A DNA stretch of 64,000 nucleotides from Azolla caroliniana. Lineage: Eukaryota; Plantae; Polypodiophyta. The notes beneath the pieces are model-generated. The model was not told the origin of the DNA, ran no database searches, and worked only from the letters and a program-made list of their open reading frames with translations. Location: contig JBHGNT010000014.1 in the NCBI GenBank assembly GCA_043228905.1, forward strand, positions 2,356,001 through 2,420,000, given 5' to 3'. How positions within the stretch are numbered: the stretch's first letter is position 1; the number at the start of each line of letters is the position of its first letter. Below, one piece after another: positions 12,039-26,347 of the stretch. The position numbers were made by a program, and so were the translations under genes.

Positions 12039-12556
12039 TATAACCTTTGACTTTTAACACACACAATACATTGTGTTGTGTTAACCATATGGAAACTCTT
12101 GTGGATTGTCCACATTCAATTGTGAACTTGTATATAGTGTACAGTACATTCGAGAATATTCTAGTCGTTAGTATATTTTAGAATTATTCTGTGGTATATT
12201 CTAAACGGGTATATTCTTGAGATATTTCTCGAGTATATTCTAGAGATATTCAATCTCGAAAATTGTATAAATACTTGTAACATCCTTGGTCCCTTTCAAG
12301 GGATTCAACACCAGTCATTGACACATCAATCTAGTACTCTCATTTCGCTCTATCTTGTCTCGTTGATCTTTATCTTTGTCTTCATGCTCCTATGTCTTTC
12401 CTAGCTTCTTAAGTTCCTCCCCTTGTCGCTCCCAACTTCCCGCACAACTTCTAGATTTCATAGCCTTGTCACTTCCTATTCCACATTCGTAGCCTTATCG
12501 ATCATAGCCTCGTCATCCGTGGTCCATCCTAGTCCGTGCTTGGTGTGTCCGTGACA
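12039..12556 (+). repeat. 3' LTR of an unassigned (probably Gypsy) element
   Basis: Preceded by GGGAAGGTGG; starts TATAAC (probably decayed TGTAAC) and ends GTGACA; TATAAATA near 12266 with HSE-like GAAnnTTC repeats upstream; abuts a truncated Copia gag. Confidence 0.65.
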
Positions 12557-13290
12557 AAAACCTTCGTCAGGTTTCCCCAATTTTCCTTCGCCGTCTTGGT
12601 GTCCCGAATGTGGCTCAGCAGCTGTTCACAAGTCGGGAAGTCCCTATGTGCCACATCAGATGCCATCTCGTTAGCTCCGTTGACATAACTCCAATAACTG
12701 TGCCCGAGCAAGTATTGGTGCATCTTTTACGACCAAGATGCATAGTTGGATTTGTCGAGCTTCTCCATCGGGAGCAATCTAGCCATTCCTTGGTTCATAT
12801 TTTCCTTTTGTCTATTCTTTACCGAGTGTTAGGGTTTGTCGTCAGAAATTGCTCGTCGGCTGCAGAGGTTCTCAATCCTCGCGCTCTGATACCATGTAAA
12901 AGTAAATATGCTGAAACTAAGACAAAACCGGCTCAGTCAGATAGCAACAGAGAATAGAGACACAAGTTTAATGGAAACCTTACACGGGAGAGACGGAGAG
13001 CAGAATAGTGAAAAAACAATTCAAAACAATAACACTATGTACACATAGTGTCCTACATAACACCTTTTATACAAGTCCTTAAAAGGACTGACAGAAGTAC
13101 TGACATGTACTTCAATGCTCATATGAGTGACTGACATTGACTCCTAAAAATAGGCCTACATACTGTGCTAGATTCATAGGCCTCTAACGGTCTACTGGTT
13201 ACAACCGATCGAGCTCTAGGTTCTGGATGCTATCCGGACACCAATTTAGATACGATCCGGCTCTAGCTTATTCAACTGGACCGACCACAG
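12557..13290 (-). mobile_element. 5' remnant of a Copia element of the minus-strand group (LTR, Met PBS, gag start)
   Basis: PBS TGGTATCAGAGC at 12883-12894; LTR from 12895 similar to 63449-63872; gag fragment MHQYLLGHSYWSYVNG (12529-12723) homologous to 31029-31355. Confidence 0.85.
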
Positions 13291-13667
13291 TGCCAACTAT
13301 CATCGTCTATCCGACGCTCTGTTTGTTGCCCGTCACTCTTGGCAAGTTCGGCTCCATCCGCCGGCTTTATCTGTTTGCTCTATCCTGCACCATCTACAGC
13401 TGTTGGACGCCGACTGTCTGGCCTTCTATCGGCCTTTTGTATTCGTCGGTCGTCTCTCAACCATTACTTGGTTGTTGGCCATTACTCAGATGTCCGTCGT
13501 TGCTTTGTTTGGTTGTTAATCGGCTATAGGCCATCTCACAGGTTCTACCGTTGTCGTCTCTTCTGTGGCCGTTGTGCGTCGTCTATGTTGTGGATGCATC
13601 TCTATCTTCTCTTAGGTGATCTATCTCCAAGCCTCAGCCAGCCTTATCACATCTTCCCACTACTTTC

Positions 13668-13839
13668 TGTGGAAAATAATTATTATTATAAGCAAAAAAT
13701 ATAATAATTAGTAATAGTTATTAGTCGTAGGAATACGGTTCCCTTAATGAGAAGGAAATCGTAACTGTATCGGTGGTGGTCTTATAAAGCCACCACCAAC
13801 ATTGTAACCATTAGGGCATAATAATATAATTGTTTTTAT

Positions 13840-13891
<52 letters not shown>

Positions 13892-16800
13892 CCCCCCCCC
13901 CCCCCCCCCCCTTCCATTCTATTCGTCTTTCTATTACTCTTTCTCTTTTATTCCCTACATGGTATCAGAGCCAAACGACCTAATAGCCTTATGGTCTATG
14001 CCTTTCTTAAATCACAAAACACATGCCCTTATCATAATTTAACTTTCATGCCCATACAAAAATAATCATATTCATAGTGTCCAAAATCGTCAAATAACGA
14101 AAGACAATTTTGTGTTTGCCGTGCGCTGATCCGAATAGCCCTCTACAATAATCGCACAATTTATGTCGTCGTTGCAAATCAACATGCGAAAATTCACGAT
14201 CGAGGAATTATCGATCACAAATTATCGAATTTGGAAGGCAAGATTAGAATTACTTTTTAAATATAATAAAGTATGGGACAGAATTTCAGGATCGTCGACA
14301 AAACCTGAAAAAGGCGAAGAACTTGAAGAGTATGAGGAAAACAACCTATGCGCAAGAATGGAAATTCTAATGCACATGAATGATGGCACCGGAGAAACAT
14401 TGCAAAAAATGGGGACGGTTGATGAAATGTGGAAGCACTTACAAACTATCTACGAGCCGAAAAACGGTGCCCAACAAGTGCATACACTTCAAGTGCTTGT
14501 TAATTACAAAATGAATGACGAACAACCGGTTGGTGAATTTCTATTAATATGGCAAAAGAAATTAGATGATCTGTTAACTTCAGGATTAGAAGTCCATGAT
14601 AAATTAGAAAAGATTCTCCTTCTTGATGCTCTTCCTGACTCGTGGTCCACTTTCAGAACCACCCAAAAATCTATAAATTGTCCAACTCTAATTTATCTTC
14701 TTGCAAACATTAGACAGGAAGAAACAATGTGTTTACAAAGGTCTTCGAATTCAACTCCAAGTGTGGCAATGATAGCATACAAAAACTGAAGATTCACTCA
14801 AAGAGGAGAAAGCTCAAAGCCATGGATAAAGAAAGATCAAAACACAAAACAAGGAGGAATGTGGTTCAAGAAAACCTATTGTAAAATATACAAACATACA
14901 AATCATGCAACAAAAGATTGTCGCGCAAAGTCAAATTTCAAGAGTTACCAACCGTGGAGGCATGTACAAGCTCATCTTGTTGAAGAAGAGATGGACGATG
15001 AAAAAACCGTAGGAGATGGATATCAAAATGCAGAAAAGTATGACGATGTCCTTCAAGCATTCATTGTCGAATCACTTTTCGCCATGATTCTAAATCCAAG
15101 TAATGTAAATGACATATGGTATCTCGACACTAGTGCTACTAACCACTTAACTAATAGAAAAGATTGGTTATGTAATTATAAGGAAGTTGAACCTCCTATC
15201 ATTGTAAGATTTGGAAATAATGGAACTAAACAAGCTATTGGCAAGGGTGGTATTACTTTTGAAGTCACAGGAGGAAGAAATTTCACAAGCAATGAAGTTC
15301 TCTATGTCCTGGACATCACCAAACATTTATTATCCGTTAGTCAAGCAATGACAAATGGTACTATCATTGAATTTAATCCAAACCATGCTATTATTAAACA
15401 TAAAGCCTCAAATGGAGAACTTATTAGAACATGTTGTAAACGAGAAGGAGGCTTATATCCCATAAAATGTATTCTTACATCTCTTATTTTAGAAGCACAT
15501 CATTCTACCCCAAGTCAATCCTCTATATCTCTAACTAATATTCATTCTCCCTCTTCTCTTTGGCATTTTCATCTAGGCCATATGCATTTCAATGCTCTAA
15601 AACCATTACAATGTAATAATCTAGTCCATGGTTTACCAAAAGAACCTTTCAAGCCCATCTCTTTGTGTGAAAGTTGTATCCTTGGGAAAATGCCCCAACA
15701 ACCCTTGCCAAAGCATAGATCTAGAGCCACTACCCCTCTTGCATTAGTACATAGTGATCTATGTGGACCATTTCCAAACCCTTCTCTTAGTGGAGCCAAA
15801 TATTTCATTAGCTTTATAGATGACTTTAGTTGATTTACAATCTTGCATTTTCTCAAGTACAAAAGTCAAACTTATCAAACAGTCAAAAAATACAAGGCTC
15901 GAGTCGAAGTGCAAACATCATCAAAGATTAAAAGTCTTCAAATCGATGGTGGTGGTGAGTATGTCTCATGAATTTCAAAGATTGTATCAAAATGAAGGCA
16001 TACATCATAGAATATCAACACCACACACACCACAACAAAATGGTGTATCTAAAAGGAAGAATACGTCACTTCTCAATATGGCTCGGAGTATGTTACAATT
16101 TTCTCACTCATCACCTCAATTTTGGGAGGAAGCGGTTGGCACCGCTTGCTATATTCAAAAACGAGGATTTCATAGATCCTTGGGGCTCCAAACCCCTTAT
16201 GGACTATGGCATGGTCACCGATCTAACTTAAGTAACCTTTGTATTTTTTGTTGTGATGCTTATGCTTTTGTGCCAAATGTTCAAAGAAATAAGCTAGATC
16301 CAAGGGCTACAAAATCAATTTTCATTGGATATGGAGAAGCTTCGGGATACAAGGCGTACAAGCTCTACGATCCACAAAAGCGAAGAATTTTCTTTAGTTG
16401 CAATGTGATATTTCAAGAAAATGGGGTTTCTACAAAGGTTTCTTCTCCACTCTCTTCTAATCTACCTCCTTTATTACCTACCCCTACCCGCTTACAATCA
16501 TCTTCCTCAACCATCTCTAATATTAATAGCTCTCATATTGAGAGGCCAACATTGGCTCATCCTCTACTTCCACTATTTGTGTCGCTCTTCCATCTAATCA
16601 CAAGGCAAAGATCAATCCTACTCAACCAACTAATTCTTCTTCTCATCTTCCCGCATTCCAATCTCTAGATGATTCTCTTCCTCGGACTCCTTTAAATACA
16701 AATTGTTTAACTCCCTCTAACAATACAAATAATGTTATCTTCTCCACTCCCTCTCCTAATCCTTCATTCCAAGCTTCATCAACAACTTCTCCACCAACCT

Positions 16801-18577
16801 CTCCACCTCCAAAGTATAGATCTCTAAATAGTATTTATGAACAACTTGATCAAATGGAAGCAAATTTTGTGGACTTGGACCATGAAGCTTATATACAAGA
16901 AATATTCCAACCCTTAGTGATAACACAAATCTATCGGCCAAAGATGCACTTTCTGGATCAGATTGTATCAAATGGAGAAAGGCTATGGAAGAAGAAATGA
17001 AGGTTTTACTTAAAAATGGTACGTGGACCCTCGTTGAGCCTCCAAAAGATCGTCAAATAATTGGTTCCTAATGGGTCTTACACATAAAGCGAGATAGTCA
17101 TGGTAATCCAATTCGCTTCAAGGCTCGTGTTGTTGCTCAAGGATTTTCTCAAGTACCAAGTATTGATTTTCAAGATACATTTAGCCCAACACTAAAAATA
17201 TGTGGTTTTCGAATGCTCGTTGCTCTTGCCGCTCAACATGATCTAGAGTTGCATCACTTGGATGTACAAACAACTTTTCTTCATGGAGATTTAGATGAAG
17301 AACTTTATTTACAACAATCACAATGTTTTGAAGATCCGAGTCATGTTGATCGACTTCGTAAATCTATTTACAGCCTTAAGCAATCTCCACGCATATGGTA
17401 TCACAAACTACACTCTTTTCTTCTAAAAGTTGGATATCATCGTCTAAACAATGAGCCAAATATCTATGTTAGAAAAGCCAAATCCAATTTTGTTATCACA
17501 GGTGTCTATGTTGGTGATTTTCCCTTGATCTCTAATTCCAAATCTTATCTAACTATTGCAAAGAAGGAACTTCCATAAGTCTTTCCTATCACCGATTTGG
17601 GCCCTATGACACATTTTCTAGGCATCAAAATAACTCAAAATAGAGCAAATCATACTATTTCATTATCACAATCAAAATATATTAATTCTATCCTCCAAAC
17701 ATTTGATATCCTCCATAGTAAGCCTATTAGTACTCCTCTAAAATCTCCATGTAAACTTTCAAATGATGATTCTCATAAAAATGAACGAGAAATTTCCGAA
17801 ATGAAGGATGTACCCTATAAACAAATTCTTGGTTGTATAAGATATTTAGTAGGCTGCACACGTCTTGATATTTGCTTTGCCACCGGTTTTCTTTCTCGTT
17901 TCATGGCTAATCCAGGACCAAAGCATTGGATCAGGCACAAAAGATTACTATGATACTTGAAGCATACTCAACATTATGCGTTGACTTACTCGGCCACACA
18001 ATATGAGTGAACTACACTTGTACAAGGATGGACAAATCCCTCTAGCCAACTAATTGGTTGGTCGAACTCAAATTGGGGGGGAGATGTGCATGATCGCAAG
18101 TTAACAAGTGGCTATGTTTACAAACTTGTTGGCACTACAATTTCGTGGAAGTCAAAGAAACAAACTACCGTAGCATTGTCATCCATCGAAGCTGAATATG
18201 TGGCCGCGGCTTTAGCGGCTAAAGAAGGCATATGGATTAAATCTATGCTTGAAGAATTTAAACTATTTACTATTCTAATAGTGACCTTGTTTTGTGATAA
18301 TCAATCATGCATCAAGTTAGCCAACAATCCGAAGATGAGTGACAATATACGTGATGTGGATTTGAAGCATCCCTTTCTTCATGATCTTGTTGAAACCAAG
18401 AAGATAGAGTTAAAGTTTGCTCCCACTCATCAAATGTGGGCTGATTTTCTAACGAAACCTCTTCAACATTCTAAGCATATTATTTGTTGCAAGCAAGTTG
18501 GATTAATTGATGTAATCGAAGATAAAGATGAAAATCGACACCTCTAGGAATTTTCGCTTAGGGGGGAGTGTCAAAAA
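13668..18577 (+). mobile_element. Decayed Ty1/Copia element F (5' LTR ~13668-13959, Met PBS, gag-pol, PPT, 9-bp stub of 3' LTR)
   Basis: CTACA|TGGTATCAGAGC at 13960; PPT AGGGGGGAG ending 18568; TGTCAAAAA is then interrupted by the next element. Confidence 0.88.
14163..18547 (+). pseudogene. Copia gag-pol pseudogene (gag, protease, GAG-pre-integrase, integrase, RT, RNase H)
   Basis: WYLDTSATNH, LWHFHLGH, LVHSDLCGP, PQQNGVS, LHHLDVQTTFLHG, SWKSKKQTTVALSSIEAEY and ADFLTKP across several broken ORFs. Confidence 0.92.
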
Positions 18578-21500
18578 TGTTGGGAATTCGGTCCCTCTAG
18601 ATGGGATCCGGATGAGAACCGGAGGACCGGATTGGAAGAGCTAGATGAAGGAACCGGATCTGGAAGGGTTCCGGATGAGACCTAGAAACTAGATCGAGTG
18701 AATCTAGTGCAAACTAGATCCAAGAACATATGTGTAAATATGTTTCATGGTGAGCCCATCGAGACTATATTTGTAAATAGCCCTAAAGTCATATAAGTAT
18801 AAATCTGACTTAGGTCAATCACTATTTAAGCATGTGTGTGTTGTTGTATATTTTTGTATACAGAGAGTGAGTGAGAGAGATAGATACAGAACTAGTTTCT
18901 GATGTAACTATCGGCTTGCGTAGATACCGAGCTCGAGGTCGTTGCCTCCGATTCTCTGATTGTACCTTTCTCATATAGTGATAGTTTGCAGTCTGTGGGC
19001 TACATCTTGTGTCATCTCCATTTTAGTTTGTTCTGTTCTATTCCTTGTTGAAGACTCGGTTGTGGCCGAACATTATTTCCACACAAACTGATATCAGAGA
19101 GAACAAAGGAAATGGAAGAATCATTCGGTGGCATGTTCAAGCCCACCGGCTCCAACTACCCAGTGCGGAAGTCGAAGATGAGGGACATGCACATGGTCAA
19201 AGTTCTCTGGTTGTCGGTATAGTTCATGGACAAGAAACCGGACAAAATCGATGCCACGACATGGGAGGTGATGCACATGAAGACAACGACATACATCCGA
19301 TGCTTTATCGACATGAGCCTGTACAACAACTTCAATGAAAAAAGTAAAGCTCATGTGCTCTGGGAGAAAATCGGCACCATGTTGGGGAATAAAAACGTCG
19401 TAAATCGGGTTTCAGTATTCCGGAAGTTAGTCAAACTCTGATACCAGGATAGATCCAACATGGCGGAGCACATCAACGCATTTCAGGGGCTCATAAATCA
19501 AACAACTTCACTCGAGGTACCTCTAGCGGAAGAGGTACTTGCATTGCTCCTGCTCGGTTCTCGCCCGAATAGTTGGGAGATGCTAGTTTTCACTTTGGGC
19601 ATAGCCGGGCCGGAAGGAAAGCAGTTGTCCCTAGCAAGGGTAAAATCAAGCTTGCTAGATGAAGAAGCTCGCGAAAAGGACCGGGAGTCCGGAACCGATC
19701 CGAAGGCCTTGGTCACGGAAGATGACCATAGCTGGGGAAGAGGCCGGTATCGGAGTCCCCAAAACCGGGACAAATCGAGGACGAGGTCGAAGTCAAGGGG
19801 AAGGCCCACTTGCTTTTATTGGGGAAACTCTGGCACTTCCAGAAAAACTATAGGCATTTCCGGAAAGAGAGAGGAATCGACAATGTTCATTCGAAGAGGA
19901 GTTTGGATCGGAAAGGAACATCGGCGATCACGACAAGTGAAGAAGAACTATTGCTCATCACCGAGGAGAATGAGTTAAACCTTGTCGACGACGAGACAAC
20001 ATGGGTTGTCGATTCCGGAGCGTCGTTCCACCTGACACCGGATCATAGATGCTTCTCATCCTACACAACCGGAGATCATGGTTGTGTCTAGATGTGGAAT
20101 GAAGGGACCCGCCAAATCATCGGCATAGGAGATGTGTTGTTGACGACATCAACCAGATGCAAATTGTTGCTAAAAGAAATCTGATACGTTCCAGAGGTTC
20201 GGTTGAACCTAATATCAACCGGTCGGTTAGATGATGAAAGCTATACGGGTAGCATCCGAAACGAAGTCATGAAATTCAGCAAAGGAAGCCTGATTGTGGC
20301 TTGAGCCCGGAAGATCAACACATTGTACCTGATGCAAGCCCGAATATGCCGAGAAAAAGTAAATGTAGCATCCGACACTGTCGATGAGTTGTGGCACAAG
20401 AGACTGTGTCATATGAACCATAAGCGGATGAGAAGACTTGCCGAAGACAACCTCATTCCGGAGGTGAAAGACGTGCATCTTGAGAAATGCACCGATTGCT
20501 TGGCTGGCAAGCAAAACCGAACCTCCTTCTAGTCAAGACCACCAATGAGACAGAATGCACCACTGGAGTTGGTGCATACCGATGTGTGTCAAGTAAACAC
20601 CAAGTCACATGCCGAATCGCAGTACTACTTGATGTTCATAGATGACCACAACAGGAAGCTATGGGTCTCACCGTTGAAGACAAAGGATCAGGTGTTGTCT
20701 ATCTTCAAGGAACTCCATGCGAGAGTGGAAAGAGAAACTGGTCGGAAGCTGAAAGCGGTTCGAGCAGATAACGGAGGAGAGTACTAGGGGCAGCTCGAGG
20801 AGTATTGTCGAATTCACTGTGCCTAAGATGCCAGAACTAAACGGGTTGGCGGAATGGATGAGCTAGACCATGATGGAGAGAGTCTGGAGCATGCTGGCAC
20901 ATGCAAAGCTACCCAAGACATTTTGGGTTGAGGCGCTGATGACGACGACGTATGTGATAAACAGATTACCCTTAGCACCCTTAGAAGGATACACACCACA
21001 GATAGTATGGACCGGTAAAGACATGTCTTACAGGCATCTGAAGGTGTTCGGGTGTCTCGCATATGTGCATCTTGCAAAGGACAAGAGAGCAAAGTTGTAT
21101 CTGAATTCCAGGCCATGCATATTCCTTGGATACAAGGATGATGAGTTTGGTTACCGAGTGTGGATTTGGTTGACAAGAAGGTGTTCCAGAGTCAGGCATA
21201 GTCTTCATGGAAGACAAAACCATTGCCGACTTGGAGTCGGAAAAGAAGGTGATGAACTCCGGATCATCCAATGAAAACCGGCTTGAGGCCACAAGGACTT
21301 AGCCAGTTGAAAACAAGATGTTAGCCGGGAACCGGATGACACTCGACAAACTAACCGGATTCGGACAAGAAGCCGAACCGACCGAAGAAGAAGAAGAAGA
21401 CACCAAAACAAGACAGGATCCCAAATTGGATTCGGATGAGGAACAAATGGAGGAACCGGTAGTCAGAAACCAAGGACGAAGATACCCTCTCACAAAGAGA

Positions 21501-23040
21501 AGAGCCCCCCAGAGATTTCCAGATGTAGAGCATGTATTGTTGACTGATGAGGGGGAGCCGGAAAGCTTCGAAGAAGCAAAGAAAGACACCCATAGCCACA
21601 AGTGGTTAAGTGCCATGTAGGACGAGATGGATTCCCTGCATGAGAACCAAACATATGAATTGACGGAGTTGTCGAAAGAAAAGAGAGCACTTCGGAATAA
21701 GTGGGCGTACAAGCTGAAATCGGGAGACGCCGGAAATCCACCGAGCTACAAGGACGAATCGTGGTGAAGGGTTTCGAGCAGAAGAAAGGTGTGGATTTCT
21801 ATGAGATCTTTGCCCCGGTAGTAAAGATGACATCCATCCGGACGGTATTGAGCATAGTGGTATGCATGGACCTCGAGGTAGAGCAATTGGACGTCAAGAC
21901 GGCATTCCTACATGGCGACCTTGAAGAAGAGATCTACATGCATCAACCTGAAGGAATTGAGAGGAAAGGGAAGAAGCACGTAGTATGCCGGCTAAAGAAG
22001 AGCTTATACGGACTGAAGCAAGCCCCACGACAATGGTACCGGAAATTCGACTCCTTCATAACTAACCAAGGGTACCACAAGACGCAAATAGAACAATGTG
22101 TGTCTGTGAAGAAATTTGACGGAGGCAACTTCCTGATACTCCTGCTTTATGTGCACAACATGTTGATCGTCGGACGAGACCAAGTCAAGATACGAATGCT
22201 AAAGAAGGCCCTAAACCGGCCCTTCTCAATGAAAGACTTGGGTTCGGCAAGACAGATTTTGTGGATGCACATCATCCGGGACCAGTCGAAGAAGTTGTTG
22301 TGGTTGTCAAAGGAGAAGTATGTGACAAAGGTGCTTCAAAGGTTCAAGATGTCGGAGGCGAAACCATTCGGATCAACACTTCCGGCAAGTTGCAAGTTAT
22401 CCGGAAAGCATAGCCCGAAGACAAAGGCGGAGAAATTGGATATGACGAAGATACCATATGCCTCTACCATCGGAAGTCTAAAGTATGCAATGGTGTGCAC
22501 CCGGCTAGATATTGCATATGTTATTGGAGTAGTCAACTCGTTCATGAGCAATCCGCGAAGAGAGCACTGGAACGTGGTCAAGTGGATACTCCGGTATCTG
22601 AAAGGCACCTCGAGTATGTGCCTCTGGTTTGGCTCCGGAAAACCCCAACTTGACGGATTCACGGATTTGGATATGTCGGCTGATGCGGATATGAGCCGGT
22701 CTACATCCAGATATGTCATGACTTATGCACGGGGAGCTGTATCATGGCAGTCGAGGCTGCAGAAGTCCGTTGCACTGTCGACAACGGAATTGGAGTACAT
22801 GGTAGTTGTGGAAGCCAACAAGGAGATAATCTGGATGAAGGACTTCATCGGAGAGCTAGGGATCCGGCAAGAGGAATTCCGGATCTACTGCAACAGTCAA
22901 AGTGCCATCCACCTTGCGAAGAATGCGGCCTACCATTCCCGGATGAAGCACATCCAGAGGAGATATCACTGGCTCCGGGAGAAGGTAGAAAATCAAGACT
23001 TTGTGCTGATGAAGATCCATAGGAAGAGGAACGGATCGGA
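18578..23040 (+). mobile_element. Decayed Tnt1/Tork-like Copia element G, 3'-truncated, inserted 9 bp into the 3' LTR of element F
   Basis: LTR TGTTGGGAAT (18578)...CCACACA (19085); degenerate PBS TGATATCAGAG; gag from ~19112 (MEESFGGMF); WVVDSGASFH, VRADNGGEY, QLDVKTAFLHG and SWQSRLQKSVALSTTE; no 3' LTR. Confidence 0.88.
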
Positions 23041-23124
23041 TTTTAAAAAGACAAACAAGAGCTCAAAAAGGTCTTCAAGAGGCTTTTCTTGAGAAAAGGA
23101 CAACACTAAAACCTAAGTAATATG

Positions 23125-23420
23125 GACAACCTCCATTTTCTTTCCTGGAAAGTACAAGGCTTGGGTGGACAGGCCTTTCGTAGAGTTAAAGGACTCTTAC
23201 GATTAGATTTAGGCAATTCTGTTGTTGGTATTATTGATATTTTGTTTCTACAAGAGCATCACCTATGCATGGATAAGATTCAGAAATATGGTTCCATTTG
23301 ACCAAGATGATGGACTCATTTCTGGGTTCCTACATTTGGCCCTAATGGCCGTCAAACTAGATTATGCATTGCTATTAGACAACAATTGGAGTCTAGCATC
23401 GTGTTAGCAACTAGTACAAG
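23125..23420 (+). pseudogene. L1-like LINE ORF2 endonuclease N-terminal remnant
   Basis: Manual reading gives LHFLSWKVQGLGG...DILFLQEHH, matching the SWNVxGL and D-x3-LQE motifs of APE endonucleases. Confidence 0.65.
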
Positions 23421-23589
23421 AATAAACAAGCACAATTCCTTATTTTAAAAAGAGGATCCCAGAAGGTTGGTCTCATGAATCTCTATGCCCCTAATTCTAC
23501 GTCAGAAAGGGCAAATTTAAGGTTATCTCTTTCTGATTATGCGGATTTAGCGGATTGCTAGTTAGTGGCAGGTGACTTCTATATGATCT

Positions 23590-23765
23590 AGAAAATAGCC
23601 AAACGGATGCTATAAACCACATTGAAGCCAACAATACAGAGTTGGCTACTACAACCCGACTTGCAAAGGACAATTGTTGGGCATCCCTTAGTTTACGTTT
23701 TATTGATAATAGTAGTGGCGATAACATTGCTTCTGGCCGCAAATCTATTCCAACCATACATCCCA
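23590..23765 (-). pseudogene. L1-like LINE ORF2 post-RT remnant
   Basis: ORF 23497-23766: PLLLSIKRKL..LSFASRVVVANSVLLASMWFIASVW, typical of the LSxxGRxxxxNxVL motif in plant L1 ORF2. Confidence 0.7.
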
Positions 23766-26347
23766 AATAACGAATTGGTTCACCATGATGACGCCATTAG
23801 AAAGAATGACCCTGTTGGTCTGGAATCGGCTTCTGAACAAATCGGTCCAGATCGGCTTCTAGATCCGATGAAGGTGGGGTTCAAGAAAATTGTTCACCGC
23901 AATTAAGGACTCAACTCAAATATGTTACAATAGAAGATAGATGTACACCAATACATTACAAAAAGGTTTACAACAAGATGCTTACATGCCACGAATCCGG
24001 TGGCTATTACAAACAATCAGCCAATACAACAAGTTAAGAATGGGCACCGACAAAGGCGAGTGAAGTGGGCCCCGAGACCGCGACGTCCACCGTTGGTCTT
24101 GCCCCAAAGACGGTGGAGTGCTCCCGTGCCACTTCGTCCTCCCTTCTCGAACCACCCTTGAAAATTGGGGAGAATCAACAGTTATTGTTGCCTACATCTG
24201 TTAATTTGGTTTCTTCTGAAAAATCAAAGAAAAAGGTTGTTTCCACTCAACATACGTTGGGTGTGGAAATGCCTCAAAGTGCCACGAGAAGTGGAGAGAA
24301 CCAACAACTCCAAGTCTCTGGTAATTCAAATCTTGTCGATAATGTCTCAAGAAAACTTGTTTCTGGTCAACTGTAAAAGAATACGTTGTGCAGAAGTGTG
24401 TGCGTAAACAATAAGTACACAGTTCGGAGAAATAGGACAGTTCGGTAAAACACTGAAAACGCAGAGATGGAGATGGAGATGGAGGAGCAGACAACAAACA
24501 ACTCAGATTCAAAAATAATGACTCTCTGTTCTGTGTTCATACACCGTGCTCAGTGAGCACCTTTTATACAAGCCCTGACAATCGGGTTGACACAAGTACT
24601 GACAGTACTTGAATGCTCATGAATGAGCCGACTACACAAACTCCCAAAATTATTCCCTTACGAGGAATAACGCTCTTGTAAAAGATTATGTGTGGAAGCA
24701 ATAGAAAACCAAACACACAGAAAATACGTAGGTTTAATGGAGAGCTTGAGTATACATAGTACGGGGGAGAGACAGAGAGAGAACACACAGAAAATTCAAT
24801 TCAAAAAAACTAACTCTATGTGCATACACCGTGCTCAGTGAGCACCTTTTATACAAGCCCTGACAATCGGGCTGACACAAGTACTGACAGTACTTGACTG
24901 CTCATAAGTGAGCCTCGACACTCACTCCCAAAATTATTCCTTTACGAGGAATATCTACCTAACGGCCTTTCGGTTTACGCATCGATACGGCCTCTCGTTA
25001 CGCACCGGTTTGTGTACCGGTTTACGCATCCGTTTTACGCACCGGTCCGGCCTAACCGATCGGTCCCAATCGATCCGGTTCTCGGCTTGCACAGCCGATC
25101 CAGCCAATGTTGAGCTTGTATCTCAACACTCCCCTTGAAGCTCAACTTGAGGTTCCATCCGCTCTTCCAAATCTATGCTCCGGTTCCTTCTAGCTTCACA
25201 CCTTGCTCGTGCTCCTCGACCTGTTCGATTCCGCGCGCCTCGACCCTTTCGATCGGTTTGTCTGCTCACACGGCCCTTCTTAGCTTTCTTGTTGTTGCGG
25301 TGTTGGTGCCTCTTTTGCTGCCTTTTCTTCCGTTTGGCCCTTGGTTGATTCAACGTATCAGAATCAAACATCCGAGCTGACTTGGCTTCCTCCGATCGGT
25401 TTTCGCTCTCGTCTAAGTTGATTGTCTCCAACTCATCCTCGGTCTTCTCACCCTTGGTTGGCTTCGGCTCTTTCTTTCGACTACTCCCCTTATGTCCGCA
25501 TCCGAAATCTTCCGCGGGTCCGACATTGAATCCGTCATCTGACTCGGCGTCGCAGTCTTTGTCTTCCGGAACTTCTCTCCCTCTTCCGTGGTCATTCGGA
25601 CGTCTCTCCCCCTCAAGTTCGGGACGTCGAGGTAACGCAACCCAAGTGTACCAGAGAATTGCCGCAACTTGTCCAGACCAAGAGGCTTGGTGAAAATGTC
25701 GGCGGTCTGCCGATCCGTCGGAACATACTGAAGTTTGACTTCACCGCAAAGAACATGCTCACGGACGAAATGGTAGTGCACCTCAATGTGCTTAGTCCGG
25801 GCATGGAAGACGGGGTTCTTTGCGGGCTGGATGTTGCTGAGGTTGTCACAGTAGATTATCGTTGGATCGGGTACCTCCACCTACAGACCCTTAAGTAGCT
25901 GCTTCAACCATATGGCTTCCCATGTCGCGACATCCGCTCCTCTATACTTGGCTTCGGTGCTCGACAATGCAACTGTTGGCTGCTTCTTGCTACTCCACGC
26001 GATCGCAGCACTCCTGAGAGAGAACGTGAAACCGGACGTGGAGCGGCGATCAACGACGTTTCTGGCCCAATCAGCATCGGTGTAACCGACCAACTACGAT
26101 GCAGTATCGGCCCGATATAGTAGCCCCCGGTCCTTAGTGCCGCTTAGATACTGCAATATGCGTTGCGCACACTAAAGGTGCTCCTCGGTAGGTCGCGCCA
26201 TGAATTGACTAATCACCCCGACCGGGTAGCAGAGATCTGGTCGAGTGATGTTCAAGTATATAAGACTTCCGACGATCTGTGAGAACCTCGTCGGGTCGCA
26301 TACCTTTCCGAAATCGGGGAGAAGCTTTACGGTTCTATCCAGTGGAG

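Noticed and set aside
13840-13912. (CT)n plus a long poly-C tract as a functional G4 or triplex element
   Set aside because: A simple repeat inside an LTR; homopolymer length is error-prone and there is no second LTR to compare.
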